Positions 50,053-63,870 of a stretch of 64,000 nt of DNA are shown piece after piece. Source of the DNA: Octopus vulgaris (taxonomy: Eukaryota). The notes beneath the pieces were generated by a model. It was not told the origin of the DNA, made no database searches, and saw nothing but the letters and a program-made list of their open reading frames with translations. Each line of letters opens with the position of its first letter. Within the stretch, counting starts at the first letter, position 1. Location: NCBI GenBank assembly GCA_951406725.2, contig OX597824.1, forward strand, positions 72,788,001 through 72,852,000. Reading direction: 5' to 3'. A program made the position numbers and the translations under genes.

Positions 50053-50166
50053 CAGACGTATTTCGCTGACTTCCTGAAACTGTAAATAAGTGAGGATTTT
50101 GTTGAAAACTTCTTTAGGTAAGTTTCGGATATTCAGAGATTGTTTCCCGTCATCGTCAGCAGCCAT
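50053..50166 (-). CDS. FBXO28: FBXO28 first coding exon (F-box N-terminal half), 114 bp
   Basis: ATG...CTG|gttcgt; MAADDDGKQSLNIRNLPKEVFNKILTYLQFQEVSEIRL joins in phase 0 to VCHSF, giving the LP.E...I..YL......RLVC F-box. Total CDS 1221 nt. Confidence 0.88.
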
Positions 50167-52289
50167 TGTAGCTTTTAACTAAATATACACACATTGGAGA
50201 AGTTGATGAAAAAATCTAAAAGGAATGCATATAACTGGAACGAAACAGTTCTCAGCTTATGACACAAAACGAAACGAAACTTCTCACAATAGAACTTCAT
50301 TAATTTTTCCTTACAATGCTTAAATTTTTTTTTGTCAACGATTGTAATAATTGACTTTTAGGTTCACTTTTAGGTTTGAAAAATGTATGAATATTATCAA
50401 TTAGTTGGTTTAAACAGGAATATGATGTCATTTTTGAAGTAGGTCGGTTGATCAAATTGAAGTGCAGGGTCCACTCCCTTGCCTTATTGGGCAAGAATTC
50501 TTCCTGTTTCCTCTGTGCTGTTTCTGTTTGAGCGGACCTGTGGTCGTGGTTATTCCAGCCACAATCATCCCGTCGCTTTTCGTAATTAGTATGTCTTTTT
50601 AGATAGGATGGTGAAGTGTACTTTGGAAGAAGTTTGGCTTTTGTTCCTGCTGAGTGAACGCGACATGTGGAGGTTTCCTTATTAATAATGTTGATTTACT
50701 GATTCTTCTTTCCCTCCTGGCTTTTACGAAAATCCTAAATGGCTCACTACTGCACTTGACTATATTGATGATGATTGGTGCATTGTCTTCCGTAATCCTT
50801 ATGTAGGCGATCCTTCGTTTTCTCCTGCGATGTATACGGTAGGCCTAGCGAGCGTGGAGAGGATCACTTTGGTGGAAGTTGACGCATCACGCTGTCCTGT
50901 CTAATATGACCTGTTAGTGCACGTTTAGAGTTCGATCTTTTATAAGTATTCATTCCAGGCTTCCGACACAGGATCGTTATTGGGATCTCACGACACGCTA
51001 ACACCATCTTTGTCACTAAAAGCGAAAATTAATTTATGATACTAAAATCGTTATTTACTCTAATCTAATATCCATGGATTTCGATCAAGCCAAGATTGGG
51101 TCTATTCTTTGACACCTCCAAATACTTTTCTCTTTCTCTACCGAACTGCTACTACCCCTTCACCTATCGGGTTGTCCAACCCCTGCCTTAACCCAACTAT
51201 CCATCCTGCATCCACAAACTTCGCAACACCCATTCCTCTGACCCTATGGCCTTTCAATCAGTTGACTTAGCGGAACTCCACCAATTCTGCGCTATACTTT
51301 GCCGCATATGTACTTCACTAGTGAATCATCAGAGACAGCCATGCAGGTGACTAAAACCATCCTCTTAGGTACGTCTTTCTATCCACCTGCCTACACAAAC
51401 AAAAACTCAAATTTGCCAATTGTTCTGTAACAGTTCGAGCAAAGGACATGGTTTGTAACGCTTCTATGTCAACTCCCAATTGACCCTTGCCCTCCTCCGC
51501 GAGAAATTTGATGAAAACATTGTTAGTACACTTGAAATCAGAAAAGCAGTCAAACCGTACCTGACACGTAATTCATTCAAAACTGCCTACCCATAAGCTC
51601 TAATCATTTTCAGATTGCTCCAAGCCGGCGCGTTTTGGATGTCTCTCTGATGCACACTTAACGACCTGCCAGTTGTCACCTCCAAATCTACTCATTCTTA
51701 CACAATACCATTCCACACCAAAGAACTCTAGTCCTAACCCTAACCCTAGACATTTCACAAACTTGCACTGACACCATGATCTCGAAATTAACTTCAAAAA
51801 GCAATAGTTTCTTCAGTAGAGAGGTAGTCACAACGAATATCAAGAAAACTATATTGGATCCCGCCCCTATGTACAAATAGCACCTAAGCAGAAATTTTTA
51901 AGTGTCTACTAATGCTAGCTACTCACCATCACTGAAGATCTCCCCTAGTGAATGCCTATCCTCAACAGAGCAAAATATTGCACCAGAAAGACTAGGATTT
52001 CTCTCTGGAGCAAAAAAAAAAAAAAAAAAAAAAAGAAGGAAGAAAAAGAAACAAAAAATAATAAAATAACAAACAAAACAAACAAACTTTTCTCCAACAA
52101 TTTACCCCTACAAAGTTCAATCCAGATCCACAATGGAGTTGCTCTCACAACTAGGACGTTTTGGCGCTCCATATACCTATTTGCGTCAATGCAGCCTGTC
52201 GTTGCATACTCCCTTATCGGTATTTGCTCTGATTATCCTGGGAAACATACCAAGCAGTGTTTCATTCAGTCCCTATCTTTACGAGATAC

Positions 52290-52900
52290 TCCTCAGTCGC
52301 CCTGACCATGTGGAATGTGGTCAACTAACACGAGCCGTCACCGCAGCCGGATCCTTGGAGAAGAGAACACGTTACGCAAGATCCAATTCGGAAAATCCAG
52401 CAACATGACTAAACAGTCTGAACTTACGCTCCTGGATTATACAAGTAACAGTATGCATCTCAGTTTCTGAATAAAGTCGTTGGTTGGAGACAATATCCGA
52501 CCAGTGGTAACCCATTACCTTATGAAATATCCTGGTACAAAGGAGTTCAGGGCCCCGAACAGTGTCCAAATCACCTAACAAGACAGGGAGGATCAGAGAC
52601 ATGAAGACCTTAACCTTTGTCCTACTGCTCAGATATCAGCAGCGCCAAACACCTTTGTCTAGTGAATCCGTAACTACACCAGTACGTCCAGGTCTTTTAA
52701 GACTTTAGACACGCAGCTAATGCTGTTTGGGCTACCCTGCCGGGATGAGTGAAGCGGTCAACAACTTCAACATTCTCACCCGCAACAGAGGCAAACGAGA
52801 TGGAATCTCCCAGGAAGCAAACGAAAGACTGGATTTTCGTATTGACCCCAAAACCTCTAAATCCGAGTGGTTCTGAAAGGAGAGCACATACTAAAACCGC
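52290..52900 (-). mobile_element. RTE-clade LINE fragment
   Basis: VAGENVEVVDRFTHPG...MGYHWSDIVSNQRLYSET...IQERKFRLFSHVA. Confidence 0.7.
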
Positions 52901-53356
52901 ATAAAAAAAGTGCACTCCTGTTTCTGACCCAGAGATGTGCTGTCCCTTCTCTCTGCCTACCACAATGGTCTTTGTTCCTGGAGCTAAATTGTCTTATACC
53001 ACTCCAATAAAGGCACTTCCAGCACAATCATCTCTCATTTTCTTGTCACCAGTATTGGGTGCAGTTCCTCAGACCTCGTACTAACCACTTCGTTTAGCCC
53101 CCCCCCCCCAGATTGTCGGTCCTCTGAAATGATGTTCCTGCACATTTTCCCCTCAAACGTTTGGAAAGGGCATGATACATAAAAAAAGGTGACTAGTATG
53201 AAATTGGCAGACTTCGTAGGACCTATGTAACAGTAGTTTCATTCCATTATCTTCAAAATTCAAATTATAGATATCTATTTCACCCATTCTTTCTCAAAAG
53301 CCGATCGCACTTTGTACAAAAGACTACCTAATGAGCGAAACAAAATTTGAAACAGT

Positions 53357-53672
53357 GCGGAAGTGGGATCGTAATACCGTTTAATTTCTAGGTCGAATAT
53401 GTATAATTTTTTTTAGAGAACTAATACTCTTGGGAGAGATATGAAAATAACATTTTTACACGTTCTTTAAATATTGGAGGGAGTGGGCAATATTTCTGCT
53501 CTTGTGAAAGAAACCACTTTAAAGCAAAAGTAAAATTATATAGAAAATTATTTGGAAAATTTTCGGTGTAATTACATTTTCATAATCAAACTTATATAAA
53601 CCTAGAAACATAATTAAAACGCATGACAAGCTTGTTACAAAACAAATTAATAAAATTTCCAGAACCGGAAGT
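53357..53672. promoter_or_regulatory. Putative promoter with two ETS (GABP/ELK-type) sites
   Basis: GCGGAAGTG at 53357-53365 and ACCGGAAGT at 53664-53672, about 260-570 bp upstream of the PSMC6 ATG in repeat-free sequence. Confidence 0.55.
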
Positions 53673-53930
53673 TAGCTATGTGCGGGATTACAATATGAGT
53701 TCTTTTTCTGTGAAGTTTAATTTAAAGAAAAGAAAAAAAAGAATCAACACTTTATAATGTTTAGAGATAATAATGTTTAAATAAATATTTTTCGTCATTA
53801 TTTTTTATTCTGTTATTATTAAAATACGATCAATATTGTTTCACTTTCCAGAAATAATAGTTTGATGCCTACAATAAGAATTGAATGGTAATTTATTTTA
53901 TTTTACACCGGTTAGCATGACTAGTTAAAA

Positions 53931-54036
53931 ATGACGGCCACTGGAATCACTGTTGATGGTTCCCGAGAAAAAGCTCTCACTGATTATAGAAAAAAGCTTA
54001 CTGAGCATAAAGAAATAGAAGACAAACTCAAGCAAT
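53931..54036 (+). CDS. PSMC6: 26S proteasome AAA ATPase Rpt4, exon 1
   Basis: AAAAATG...T|gtaagt; MTATGITVDGSREKALTDYRKKLTEHKEIEDKLKQ resembles RDKALQDYRKKLLEHKEI. Confidence 0.92.
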
Positions 54037-57000
54037 GTAAGTCTTTTACATAACGTCTCTCAAGTAATATTTAATGCATTGATTTCTTAACACCGTTTCA
54101 TAAACAATGCATTATTTCTTGTGTCTAACAAAAAACCTCAGATGTTTCTTTTTTTTATTTTTAAATATTTATGTTACAATTTGTTTCGTCCCTATTATAT
54201 TTAATTACATATTGATTAATTGTTGAACTCGACAGTAAAATAGTCAAACATTCTGCAAATTGGATATAACTGTAGATAGTATTTCGTTATTAAAGCAAAA
54301 ATTTACACCTGTTAAATATTACAAATGAGGCAACGAGGGATCCCATATGCTGCCTGCTAAAAATATCCGTTTAATCTTCCTCAAACTACAATCTTTTATA
54401 TTTGAGAAAAAAAAAACCTATTTAGATCTGGATATATTCCTTTAAAATAGAATGGGATGGTCATGGCTGGAACGCCTTTAATCAAAGATTTACTCGATCC
54501 CAAGGAGCTAAACAACGTTAATTGTGAATTTCATCTCAAGATAAGATAAATCTCTAAGACAGGGATTAATCAGAAAAGAGGGAGGCTCTGGTGCGTGTGT
54601 GTGTGTTTGGTAACAAAACGGGAAAAATAGAACTTATACCATGATTATATATAATTTTTGATCGACAGAAGTTACAAAGTGACTTAAGGACCGAGAGTTA
54701 CGTGCGTAGAACTTATCAAACTTCATAATTTAATGCCTATGTTCTATGCTGGTATGGGTTGGATGGTTTGATAGGATCTGTTGTGTTCACTGACTGCATC
54801 GTGCGCCAATTTCTGCTTTGTTTTCTACAGCTGGTTGCTCTTCATTACAGCAAACACTTTATAGTGTGTACTGGATGTTTTTGTTTCATACCATTGGCAC
54901 TAGTGAAGTCACTATGAAGTTTGCATAACTATGAAACCCAAGTGGATGTTGGTTTTATACTAAGGGATGAGGGGTTACAAAGTGACTTAAGGACTGAGAG
55001 TTACGTGCGTGGAATGAGAGAAGGGTGGGGACAGAGCAGGTTCTTGTAGAGGAGTTAGACATATCTACTCACATTTAGAAGAGAAGACGAGAATAATCAA
55101 TAGATTCTGAAAAAATGATAGTGGTGAAGAGGTATCTAGGTGTCTCATCAAGGTACAAGATAAGTAAAAGTGATTGGGGCAGAGGAACTAGGAAAGTATG
55201 GGAAATTTGCAAGAGATGGGAGGTAGGTAACAACTATAAAGATTAGATAGGGTTGAAGGGTGAATGTAGGGAATGGTGGACAAGGGATGGAGGATGACAA
55301 TTCATGCATAAATTGGGAAAGATAGAGGGATGCAGAGGAGCAGGATAGTAATTATGATACAGTTGACAGGTTGAACAAGCAAGAGATGACGTGGTCAGAG
55401 AAAGGCTGGCATAGTGCATAAAGAGATAATTTGGTGGTTTATGGGAGTGGGATGATCAATGAAACATGGGGTGAGAGACCAGTCTTCATGTATGAAGAAT
55501 AGCTAACAAGTAAAATTGATTCTGGATAACAAGAAAAAAAAAAAGTGATATTAAAGGAGAGCTGTAGTGAGAGAGATTATGAGTATGATAGAAGGTTGAG
55601 CAAGGCACACACACACAATGCTTCCAGAAGTTAGTTTCCCTGCAGTAGGCAGGTCTTCTTGAGAATTGTGTATTGTCACACATTTTGGTTCTTTGTCATC
55701 TCTTCTGTGAGGCTCAGGGTTCTGAGGTCAGCCTTCATCACTTTGCCCCACATTTTCTTGGTTCTCCCTCTTCCACGCATCTTTATACAGCTGTTTTCAT
55801 CAATATGCATCACATGTTTCATACTAATGTAGTCTTCTTTCTTGCACGTCTGATTCCTCTCATGCTCAGTTTTTCTCTCAGCACATTTATACTATGTTGT
55901 TCATGCTCACTTTACACATACACACACATGTGACTGTGTAGTAAGAACTTTGTTTCTGAACCATGTGGTTTTGGTCTGAAATTGCAGCTGACTAAAACCT
56001 TGTGAGTGGATTTGGTTGATGGAAACTGGAAGAAGCCTGTTGTGTGTGTGTGTGTGCTGTTGTACCCTTGCATGATTGTTGAGAGTGTCACTATCATGCA
56101 AGCAGCATTTTTTGTTTCCAGTCTTCCATGAAAGCATGCCTAGTCAAGTGAAAAAATTAATTACTTCATTTGGGAATAGATAGGGGTCGAAGACAGGAAA
56201 GTCGTAGAAAATCCACCTCAATAAAATTCTATCTGACCCATGCAAGCATGAAAAAGTAGATTTGAAAATGATGATTTTATATATATATATATATATATAT
56301 TATATTTTGCTTCCTAACCACTGTGTGGTGCCTCGGGCAAGTGACTTCTACTAGCCTCGAGTTGACCAAAGTTTTTTGAGTGGATCTGGTAGATAGAAAC
56401 TCTGTGTGTATATATATTTAGTAGGCATCAATCAGTCTTGAGAGTCCATAGATCTGCGCCCTGAAGAAATCTTGTCAACTGCTAATGGTGGTGCAGTGTA
56501 TGCTATGGCTGTAGAGGCCCACATGGAAGTGGCAATCATGCATACAGCAACTGCATTTGGAAGCGCTACTGGTTTTTCCTTCCATCGAGTGTGCATTTAT
56601 ATATATACATGTGTGTGTGTGTGTGTTTGTCCCAATAAGTTAGTGTTTTGGCAAAAAAGACTGATAGAATAAGTATCATGTTTGAAAAAATAATGAGTAT
56701 TGGGGTTGAGACATTCAGCTAAAAAATAAAAATTTTTACTGTGTGGTGCCCCAGCATGACCGCAGTCTCATGACTGAAACAAGTAAAAGACAATTGACAT
56801 ATAATGTGTTAGTGTGTTCTTTTTGTTTTTATTTGGTGTGGAAAAAATGCTTTTGATTATGGTATTCATAAACCCTCTGAGACAGGTGAGGTTAATGCAG
56901 TTAATGTTTGCAAGGAGACGTTTTGAGATGGTAAGAACTACTGTGATTAAGCAAAAGTTTTAACTACAAAGTTATGCTTGTATATACACTTACCTCTCTC

Positions 57001-57699
57001 TATCATTGTTATTGTTACTTAACCCTTTAACACTTAAACCGGCCATGTCTGGCTCAAATACTCTACCTATTTTATGCTCAAACCAGCCAGATCTCATCTC
57101 TCACACCTACCCTATGATATCATTCTTAAAATATACAATTATATCATAAAAATCTCAAAGCTACAAGGTAACACATAATTAATTCAAAACACACACACAC
57201 ACACATATACAATGGGTGTCTTTCAGTTTCCCTCTACCAAATCCACTCAGAAGGCTTTGGTCGGCCCCATGCTATAGTAGAAGATACTTGCCCTAGGTAT
57301 CATGTGGTTGGGAAGCAAGCTTCTTACAACACCTATTTATACACACTTACACACATATATATTTGGTAAATAGCACAAATGGAATGAGAGGAATATGAGA
57401 TGGACAGTTGGGCAACATGAGAGGTCATGGCTGGCAGACAAAAATTTAAAAGGTGATGAACAAAATGTTAGCATACACACACACACAAAATATGAAATGG
57501 AATGTTGTACAGTGAATGGCACACCAAAAGAAATAAAAAGAAGGGTGAGAAGTAGATTGATGTTTTGCATGCATATCAGAATAGAGTTAGAAGGCAAAAT
57601 AAAAAAAAAACAATACCTGCTTATTGCATATGTATATCTTTTGACTACATGATATATTTATAAAGTAATGGAATTATTTTCTCTGTTTTCTCTCTGTAG

Positions 57700-57779
57700 C
57701 TCGTGAAGAATTGAAAGAACTTACAAAACAATATGATAAATCCGAGAATGATTTAAAAGCTCTTCAGAGTGTTGGACAG
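57700..57779 (+). CDS. PSMC6: PSMC6 exon 2
   Basis: ctgtag|...|gtaaga; [26 protein letters not shown]. Confidence 0.97.
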
Positions 57780-59074
57780 GTAAGAAATTGTGTTATTAAA
57801 AATACACCAACTCATTTTTTTGATTAGGTGTGAACTCTTATTATAGGAAGTTGTGTGCACAGTTACAAAGGTTTTATTTTTACTTTTGCATAAAATCAGC
57901 TCTGATCAAAAGTCTCTCAACCATGGTTTTCCTATTAATTTTTCATGTTTGCCAGGGCCATGGATTGGCTCCAGTGGCACGTAAAAAGCAGCATTCGGGC
58001 ATGGTCGTTGCCAGCGTCGCCTTACCAGCACATGTGCCGGTAGATGTGAAAAACAACATTCGAGAGTGGTTGTTGCCAGTGGCGCCGGACTGGCTACCAT
58101 GCAGGTGGCATGTAAGAAGCACCTTTTGAGCATGGTCGTTGCCAGAACTGCTGACTGGCCCTCGTACCAGTGGCATGTAAAAGCACCCACTACTCTCTCG
58201 GAGTGGTTGGCTTTAGGAAGGGCATCCAGATGTAGAAACTTTGCTAGATCAGATTGAGCCTAGTGCAGCCTCTGGTTCACCAGTCCTCCGTCAAACCGTC
58301 AAACCCATGCCAGCATGGAAAGCGGACATTAAGCAACGATGATGATGATCTCCTTGCTCCTTTTAGATGGCAGAGTGTGTTTGAAAGGAGGTTTGGCTAT
58401 CACTTCTAGCAGATTGAGTGCCTATTTCTTGGTTTTCAAAATAGGTACTTGCCTATTTCTTGGTTTTCAAAATAGGTACTCCATATCTCTGCATGTCATA
58501 ATAGTGACTAATGAGACTGGTGTTGAGTAGGGAATCCTGCTTTTAAACATTACGTCAGAAGTTGTGTATCCCAGTGTTTAGAATAGGATTGATCATATGA
58601 TTACTTATATATGAGGCATAGGTGGAGCTTTGTGGTAAGGAATTTGCTTCTCAATTTTATGATTCTAGGTTCAGTTCCACTGTGTGACACCTTGGGCAAT
58701 TGTATTCTATTATAGTCTTCAGCTGACCAAAGCCTTGTGAGTGGAATTAGCAGATGGAAACTGAAAAAAGCTTATCATATATATCATATATATTTCTGTG
58801 TGTGTCTCTGTCTTCCACCAGCACTTGGCAACTAGTGTTGATGTGTTTGCATCTCTGCGACTTAGTTGTTTGGCAAAGGAGACCAAGAGAATTAGTAGCA
58901 GGCTTACAAAAGTACAAGAATTGATTCACTCAACTAAAATTCTTCAAGTTGGTGCCCCAGCATGGCTGCAGTCTAATGATTAAAAGAAGTAAACGATGAA
59001 GTAAACGATGAATGATATAATTATACTCTCTTGGAGTGGTTGGTGTCAGGAAGGGCATCCAGCTGTAGAAACCA

Positions 59075-59160
59075 CTAGCAGTATCGCCCGGCGAGTGAGG
59101 GTACGAGAAAACAGACACACAGAAAACGCACAGACAAACTGCCGTTTATATAGAGAGAGA
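59075..59160 (-). mobile_element. 86-bp mini-Helitron inserted in a SINE
   Basis: 5' TC and 3' CTAG ends shared with 12932-13314; sits between A and T of host GAAACCA|TACCAAATCAG with no TSD. Confidence 0.85.
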
Positions 59161-59565
59161 TACCAAATCAGACTAGAACTTGGTGCAGCTCTTTGGCTTA
59201 CCAGTTCCAGTCAAACTGTGTAACCCATGCCGGCATGGAAAGCAGATGCTAAATGATAATGATGATCAGTTCATATATATATTCCCAGTTTTAGAAAAAG
59301 TACACTACATCACTGTGTATCTGAGGGGTGGCACCAGAAACTGCATCTGGCTCTAAAACCCTAAGTGTCCTGTCCAACCAATGCCAGTATGGGGAAATGG
59401 GTGTAAAATGATGGCAATGATGATAAAGTCAACCTGTTTGTAAAATGTAAATATATTTAGACGATACTGATGCTTAGGATTAAAATGTTCCCATGGCAAT
59501 TTTTATCAAACGTAAACTGACAAATATGTCTTCAGCTCACAATAATCTCTCTTTCTCTCTTACAG

Positions 59566-59605
59566 ATTGTTGGTGAAGTACTGAAACAACTTACGGAGGA
59601 GAAAT
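59566..59605 (+). CDS. PSMC6: PSMC6 exon 3
   Basis: ttacag|IVGEVLKQLTEEK|gtaaga. Confidence 0.97.
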
Positions 59606-60890
59606 GTAAGATTTTGTTTAATATTTTGAACTATTAAATTTTTTATCTTCTATTATAACTGTATTTCTATTATTATCAAATAGTATGCCTTGCTCTGGTT
59701 CTTTTCATCCTGTGTTCAAATCCCACCGTGGTCAACATTGCCTTTCAATTGTATGGGGTCGATAAAGTCCCAGTCAAATATTAGAGTCAATTCTTTTCTC
59801 TCGTTCTTGTTAAATCAACCGCAAGGAAGATCATGGGAGATAACTCGCAGTGTCACTTTCTCTAGAAAAGACACAGTAAGGGACTAGCAAACTCTTTTCA
59901 TAAAACCATGTATGGATGGCTCTACTGGAACCATACAACCATCAATGCAGTCATCCCATTTCCTTTCAAAAATGGTCTTCCTTTCCTTCCCCTCTTCATA
60001 TATCTCTCTTTTTTTCTCTCTCTCTCTCTATATATATATACATATTCATCCTCCTAATTTAGCAGCCAACTTACTGCTCTGGTGATAAATATAGAAATGC
60101 TTAGCGGTATTTCGTCTGCCGTTACGTTCTGAGTTCAAATTCCACCGAGGTCAACTTTGCCTTTCATCCTTTCGGGGTTGATAAATTAAGTACCAGTTAC
60201 GCCCTGGGGTCGATGTAATCGACTTAATTCGTTTGTCTGTCCTTGTTTGTCCCTTCTGTTTTTAGCCCCTTGTGGGTAGTAAAGAAATAGATAAATATAG
60301 AAATATTTTCTTCAGCTCGTTCATATTTTGAAATGTTTTAACTGAGGAAGATCTTATGTAATGGATGTGTTTCCTATTATATATTATGCAGACCTGAAAT
60401 GTGTGTATTAAACGATTTCAAAATATCACTATTTGGCATTAGGAAGGCCATCCAGCCATAGAAACCATGCCAAAACAGACAGGGAGCCTGGTCAGCTCCT
60501 GTCACACCGTCCAACCCATGACTATGTATTTGAGCGAGGTCGTTGCCAGTGCCGCTGGACTGGCTCCTGCACAGGTGGCACATAAGACACACCATTTGAG
60601 CGTGGCCATTGCCAGTACTGCCTGATTGGCCCCCGTGTTGGTGGCACGTAAAAGCACCCACTACACTTGGAGTGGTTGGTGTTAGGAAGGGCAGATCAAG
60701 ATTGGAGCCTGGTGCAGCCATCTGGTTCACCAGTCCTCAGTCAAATCGCCCAACCCATGCTAGCATGGAAAGCGGACGTTAAACGATGATGATGATGATG
60801 ATATATATGTATAAAGTGTTACTGACGCATTCATCTATGAGTGAATTGCATCTTATACCAGAAACAGCTGTAAGCTAATGAGGTTCATAA

Positions 60891-61130
<240 letters not shown>

Positions 61131-62394
61131 TAAAGTAACATTTCATTCCATCTTTCTTTTTCCTTTTTCCTCAGTGAACATTCAGAAGTTTGCATTTATA
61201 TCTTGGCCACTGAAACTATCCTCTATCTTAGCTTAGTTGCATGGTTTTGGTGAGTGCAGTTTGAGTGGTGATGGTTTGTAATCTATAAATGTCTTGATTG
61301 AATGATTCATTTTTGCTTCCTTATTATTCTCTGACTAAACCCAGACAAATACCATGCAATAGTTCTTCTGGTTTTGTTTTTTGTTCTGCATTCAGATGCT
61401 GCTGAGGTCAACTTGGCCTTTGATTCTTTTGGGTTTGGTGGAAGGGGGGGGGGGTGTCAATAAATGCCAATCTGTGCTACCATGCAGTGAACTAGTATCG
61501 TACAGTAGAATCCCCAGATCTCTATACAACCATGGGGCTCTGATAGATGAAATGACATCAGTTGGAGTACATTGTTGTTACATCTATGTTGTCATGCACA
61601 TACACATATATATCCAGTCATTCACTCATGCATGTGTGTATATATAATATATATATATATATTTACACACACACACACACACTCTCTTAAATTGACTCCA
61701 ATCTGATCTGGCAGAGTTTCTACAGCTGGATGCCCTTCCTAATGCCAACCATTCCGAGAGTGTAGTGGGTGCTTTTACATGCCACTGGCACGAGGGCCAA
61801 TCAGGTGGTACTGGCAACAGCTGCGCTCAAGTGGTGTTTTTTACGTGCCACCTGCACAGGAGCCAGTCCAGTGGCACTAGCAATGACCTCACTTTTTTCA
61901 TGTGCCACTGGCACAAGTGCCAGTAAGGCGACGCTGGTAACGATCACGTTTGAATGGTGCTTTTTACGTGCCACCGGCACAGAAACCAGTCAGCTGCTCT
62001 GGCAGCAATCACGCTCGGATGGTGCTCTTAGCACTCCACTGGCACAGGTGCCAGTCATTGAATTTGATTTGATTTCAATTTCACTTGCCTCAACAGGTCT
62101 TCTCAAGCAGAGTTTAGTGTCCACTGAAGGAATGGTGACAGTATTTATGTCCCATGTACTCAAAAATGCTGGCAGCTTGACATTTCATGTGAAGTCATGT
62201 GGAATAATGTACTCTAGCTGAAGCAAAGGTCAGGAAGGGCACCCAATTGTAAAATATCGTATCAAATCTTATCCATCATGGAAATGCACACATAAATTCT
62301 GTGTGATGCCACTCACTGAACATAGGTTATGTAACCTATTTTATTTTGGTTGTCTTATAAGTTGCTTCAATATTGTTGTACTTTTATTATACAG

Positions 62395-62509
62395 ATACCT
62401 ACCAAGAGAAGTGGATCCTTTGGTTTACAATATGTCGGTCGAAGATCCTGGCCAAGTTAGTTATAATCAAATTGGTGGGCTTGGAGAACAGATCAGAGAA
62501 CTCAGAGAA
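62395..62509 (+). CDS. PSMC6: PSMC6 exon 5
   Basis: atacag|[38 protein letters not shown]|gtaagc. Confidence 0.98.
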
Positions 62510-63609
62510 GTAAGCAAACATTTTTCAACACTTATCTCTCTCATCATCATCATAATTATCGTGGTCATTGTTTTAATGCCCATTTTTACATGCTTGCATG
62601 TGTCTGGCAGAATTTATGGAAACAGATTTTCTATGGCTGGATGACCATCCTGTGACCAGTTGTCACCTGTTTCCAAGTAAGGTAAATACTTCCCCATGGC
62701 CAGACATATTTCTGCAGAATACTGGAAATTGAATGACAATGCTTATATGACACTCATTTACAACTACTACCCACTATCAACACAAAGAGGCACAAACATT
62801 TATACATGCATGTCACAGGCTTCTTTCAGTTTCTATCTGCCAAATCTATTTGCAAGACTTTGGTTAGGCTGGAGCCATAGTAGATGACACTTACCCAAGG
62901 TGCCATGGATTGAGACTGAACCTGAAACCATGTAGTTGGGAAGCAAACCTCTTAAATACACACCCAGCATTATATAGCAGAAGTGTATCTAAAGGGCCAA
63001 GAGTTTTGTGTGTTGGTATGTATGTATACACACACATTATATATATATATATATATTCCACACTTCTCTCTCCAGCTCTTTAGTTCTTTCAATGATAAGG
63101 TAGTGGTGAGTTACTGGAGTTGCTAGAACTGCAGATAGATTGCTTTGTGGTATTTTCTTCTGATTCTCTGCACCCTAAGTTCAAATCTCACTGAAGTGAA
63201 CTTTGCTCTTCATCCACTCAGGTGTTTACAAATATGTCAGTCTAAGGTGGTGGTGGATTGGCAGAATTATCAGAATGTCAGACAGGATGCTTTGTGGTAT
63301 CCATTGTGGGTTTGTATTCTAAGTTCAAATCCTTCCACCTGTTATCAAGAAGCAGGATGGATGAAGAACCATTGTGACACTGTGTAGTTGTAGTTGGCAG
63401 ATTGTGTCAAAAAACAATGAGAACATAGTTTCTCTGGGGTTTTTTTATGAAGATTGGATGCCACCATTATCTTGTCATATATTTTCGATTTGTTTAATGT
63501 CCATTTTTGATACCCTGAGTTTAATGAATATATGTCATCGAGGCCATTGTTTTACAGCTTGATGCTCTTTCTGTCACTAAGCCTTAACATGTTTTTCAAT
63601 ATTCTCTAA

Positions 63610-63870
<261 letters not shown>

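Noticed and set aside
51734-51748. Telomere-like CCTAACCCTAACCCTA
   Set aside because: Under three units; not a telomere or a meaningful interstitial array.
51100-52290. Possible retroelement ORF or gene between FBXO28 and PSMC6
   Set aside because: Looks like decayed TE sequence, but no motif could be identified confidently.
58419-58480. 31-bp tandem duplication
   Set aside because: Ordinary slippage-type duplication with no functional sign.
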